Of a stretch of DNA of 64,000 bases, positions 60,151 through 64,000 are shown one piece after another. Position 1 is the first letter of the stretch. Every line of letters starts with the position of its first letter. The stretch is from Camelus dromedarius (Eukaryota), in assembly GCF_036321535.1 (NCBI RefSeq), contig NC_087437.1:12836001-12900000 (forward strand), in the 5' to 3' direction. The notes under the pieces were generated by a model, which worked only from the letters and a program-made list of their open reading frames with translations, searched no databases and was not told the DNA's origin. The position numbers were made by a program, and so were the translations under genes.

Positions 60151-62839
60151 AAGTCCTGCTGCAGAAACACTCACCTTCCTTGTCAGAATGAAATGAGAAC
60201 CAGAATCATCTACTCCACACTCAGTGTGGACAGTGAGAACCCAAACCACCACTTAATGTCTATATTAACATGATTTTGTTAGTCTGTTGTCTTAATAAGC
60301 AAAACTTTATTTTATTAGAAGCTTTTTTCCAGGCAAATGACTTGATTGTTCATTACAAGAACATCCCCAAAGTCTCATTAACTCTTCCGTAGAAAGCATT
60401 AGTGGATGGTTTGCACCCTAAGACTCTTTGAGTCTCACACTTCAAGATCCCCGTGCTGTTTCTCCTAACCCTGGACTGTTGTAGGACAATCCTTCCTCGA
60501 CCCCAGTCAGGTCCCCACATTGAAAGAGCCTCCTTAAACAAAACCTCTAGCTCTCAACAATTCTGACACTGCTTCTCCTGACCAGCCCCCACCCTGATGT
60601 GGCCACAGCTCTGCAGGGAGGGTTCTGTCTCTTCCTACCATCAACAATAGACTCAGCTTTATCTAACAATGGGCTGTGTTGGTTTTACTGAGGGAGGAAC
60701 AAGACAACGAACTGGTTACTCCCAGACATAAATTGCATAATTATAATTTTTGCCTGCAGGCACAATCACTCGCTCATTCATCCCGTGTTCCTACAGGTTC
60801 ATAAATTAAAGATCTCCACCCCTGGCTGAGTAGCTTTGTTCCCATACCTCACCCCCTTTGTACTACCCTCGGCAGCAGAACAATTCTTGGGCACATCCGC
60901 TCAGCTTGTTGAAGAGATGCATATGTTCTCTGCGTTTCTGCCGCTGATTGGTGGGATACGAGCCCTGGCAGGGCTTCTTGGTCCCAATGCTGGATGGCCA
61001 AATTGATCCAGCTCCAGGGGGATGTAATAGGAAGCTGTGTTTTATCCTTGGATCCAAACCATGCCTTCTAATTTAGCTTTGCCGGCCATAAAGCTGACGT
61101 TTTGGCCCCTGCATGACTCCTGTATGTGTTCCTTAATTGTTTTGGAATCTACAGGGGGAGGAGATGTGATTGGTGGTCTTTTTTATTCTCACAGCAGATC
61201 CAGCCTGCTTGTGATTCTTAATCCCTCTGAGTTAACACACTTCGCACTACCAAATGGATGACACAGACAAGCTGTAAGTGTCAAAAAGGATACAGACGTC
61301 AAGTCACTCCCAGCTGGAATGATCAGGAAGAACTTCATGGACGAAATAATATGAGTTAATATCGAAGGAAGAAGTCACTTACACTGGCAGAGAAATGTAA
61401 GGAGGGTTCAGAAGGGAGGAAGTGAGTAAACTGGCAGTTCAGGAGGTGCCTGATGGGAGTGATGGTGAGTCTCTGGAGAAGCTCAGGAACGTTCAGCCCC
61501 CAGGAGTAGTCAAGCCTGGCACTGTGGAAAGGTTTTGTTAGGATGTAGAGGGAATTAAAGCAGGAAAAGTGGGTGGGAGCTAGGTTTAGCTGGTGCAAGC
61601 ATTTGAATAATGAAAGGCACAATTTTGAAAACGTAATGAATTGGCTAATGAAATTGGAAGTAATTCTTCAAACCTGCAACTAGGAGACAATTTAAAAACA
61701 ATCATTTCTAGAATCTTGAACTGTTTTGTTTGTTTTTTCTGGTTGCTCACTAAGATAGGGCACTTGTATACCCCCCCCACCCCCACCATGGACTTATAAT
61801 TCTTTCAGAAGTGCTCAGTGCTTTGCATCTAATGCCCATCCCATGGCTTCCACACCCAGTAAAGCTGACTTACTGCCATCTCCAACAGATATGTGAGAAG
61901 AGGTGAAAAATAACACAGTAATCACGCTGTGAAATCAAGCACCATTGCTGTCAAATTCAACGTCTCATTGTGCTTCTGAGTCATGGCCACATCAACAAAA
62001 TAAATTAAAAGGATAGGATTATAAAATACTATTAAGGTATTAACATTTCAACATTTCACAAGTTAGCCACAGAGTCTTTATTTTCTTAGCATGCCATCGA
62101 CTTGCTTATTTTCTAAAAACCTTGTATAATTAGGTATTCATGTTTCAAAAAAATCTTTTGACATAAATCACTGATATGCTAAATTATAGTTTGCTTAAGA
62201 ATTCCAAGGGCTTTCTGATAGGAAAAGGATGAGACTCCTGTTAAAAGATGATTTTCAGAAAAAGGTAAAATACCCTTGTACAGATATAAAAATTAACATA
62301 TGTTAAAGATTTTATTTTATTCATATAGGAGAGAACGATCCATCCAATTCAAATCAAAACTAAAGGAGCACAAATTGATCTGGAGTCAAGGAATTGAACT
62401 GCAAATAGAGGTAACTCTGGTTTTTCCCAGAAGGGAGGGAAGTCAGTGGGAACTTGAATGGGAGACACAGAATTTGCATGTCTAGTAACTTACAAAGAGC
62501 TACCAATAGATCAAAGCAATGACATGTTAGAATATGAGCTCCTGAAAGGACGTGCTCCATGCAGCGATGTACAGTTTTCACTGAAACACAAATCTTATTT
62601 TAAACTTCCAGTTCTTTCTTGAGAATCAGAGTTTTGGAAACTTTTGAGAGAATGTGGGAGTTCCCCACTGAGGACCTGACATAGGGAGAGTCAGGGAAGT
62701 CCCTGAAATAAAATTATCATGAAGGTAGAAAGATGTAAGACCAGTGGGAAAGGTGGTTTCAGATTTACGAGGTGGCTGGTTCTGGCCAAGCCTCCTGGAC
62801 CGGCTTGAGCCTTGTGAAGTAGCTGCACCCATCTGGGTG

Positions 62840-63200
62840 TTTTCTGCTTGTTTCTCTGGAGGCACTTGGTGTCCTTCTCTACTCTGGGATTACATCATAG
62901 GCTCCCTTGCCCTCTTGTTTCCAGTTGGGTTTGCCAGTGGGACACAAGAGGATACTGAGGAGTAAACCTGGGTGTGCATCTCCTGCAGTGTCCTGCGTCT
63001 GGTCCCCGACATCCTCTCCCTGCACCTGCCCTTCAGGCATAGGGCTGGTAGCAGCTCCCCGCGGCTGCTGGCTCTAGAGTGTTGTGCCACCCCTTAGATT
63101 TCCCGGTGTCATGCCCATACTTCTGAAAATAGTGTCTTTTAAGCAGTAACTATTTGTTTTAAAATATTTGCTGGGACTTTGAAAAATAGAGTGTGTAGAT
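62840..63200 (+). mobile_element. Old ERVL LTR fragment (LTR33/LTR41-like)
   Basis: ggctcccttgccctcttgtttccagttgggtttgccagtggga...tgcccttcaggcatagggctggtagcagctccccgcggctgct. Confidence 0.55.
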
Positions 63201-63349
63201 CAAAGGCGTGAATCCAGAAGCCCAGGCCAGTTTTGGCAAGGAGTGAGCACGACACTTGCAGTACTGACGAGGGTGGGGCGGGAGGGTGTTGAGGACAGAG
63301 TGTTCTTCCCTGCCACCTCGAAGATCCCCTGGGACCTGGCAGGGATCTC

Positions 63350-63379
63350 GGCAGTGGCGGTGGCAGTGGCAGTGGCAGT
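63350..63379. repeat. (GTGGCA)n hexamer repeat
   Basis: ggcagtggcggtggcagtggcagtggcagt. Confidence 0.8.
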
Positions 63380-63809
63380 TACTGGAGCACAAGGTGGAGG
63401 CTTTCTCTGTGTGTTCCAGCTGTCACATTCAACAACGTGGTTTACAGTTTGAGAGATTTGCAGATATTTCTAAAGCCACTTGCTTCTTATGGCAGGTTTC
63501 TCCAGTATCAAGATAGCACAGCTGGAATTCCAGTACCTCCCCAAAGGTGGTGGAACATGTGAATTAATCCTTTAGTTATGAGTAAGACTTCTACAGAGTT
63601 TTGAGGATCTTGATGGGAAATGTGCCTGAGAGAAGAGAGAGGCCATTATTTTCATCAATAGATGAGATGAGGGCTTTAGCTATTTTACTGATATTATATT
63701 GCCTGTAATTAACTTTAACTATAATATTTCACTACAGGTTTTGATCTATATGTACATGTAGACTAATTTATACTCTAAGGTTAAATTAATATTTGAGATT
63801 AATTAATAT

Positions 63810-63899
63810 ACATATCTTTAAAATGGGGGTACTGGGAGTTGAACCCAGGACCTCATGCATGCTAAGCATGCGCTCTACCACTGAGCTATGCCCTCCCCC
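63810..63899 (-). mobile_element. Vic-1-type SINE, short form (tRNA-Ala-AGC-like head only)
   Basis: Minus strand GGGGGAGGGCATAGCTCAGTGGTAGAGCGCATGCTTAGCATGCATGAGGTCCTGGGTTCAACTCCCAGTACCCCCATTTT; imperfect TSD agatt(a/c)attaatat. Confidence 0.88.
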
Positions 63900-64000
63900 T
63901 CAGATTCATTAATATTTGAAGATACCCTAATTGGAAATCCAGACTTCAGAATAAGCAATGGCTATTTGAGTCCGAACAACAGGGTTCACTGTTTAGCATA

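Noticed and set aside
63824..63895. Bona fide tRNA-Ala gene
   Set aside because: It has the SINE-type GGGG leader, a TSD-like flank, two acceptor-stem mismatches and no G3-U70 pair; kept as a SINE and a finding only.

Overview
Repeat-rich mammalian genomic DNA, almost certainly from a camelid (camel, alpaca or llama), judged from three tRNA-Ala-derived Vic-1-type SINEs and camelid-style L1 3' ends. I cannot recognise any host protein-coding exon. The only ORFs with recognisable protein similarity are decayed LINE-1 ORF2p fragments. The window is intronic or intergenic and is layered with ancient repeats (L2, MIR, L1M, MaLR/ERVL LTRs, hAT-Charlie MERs), several strata of younger L1, and about a dozen ERV1 solo LTRs. 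Four of these are MER41-like, and one keeps a GAS (STAT) motif at the position homologous to the primate MER41B interferon-gamma enhancer. Other points of note: a very old, decayed ~25-bp minisatellite interrupted by MER58A; a SINE copy that still folds as a near-complete tRNA cloverleaf with its own TTTT terminator; a CpG-enriched candidate regulatory region with ETS/CRE motifs; and young insertions with perfect target-site duplications (TSDs). I did not find a convincing novel multi-gene system. Repeat family names come from recall of consensus sequences, not from a database search, and boundaries of old repeats are approximate.
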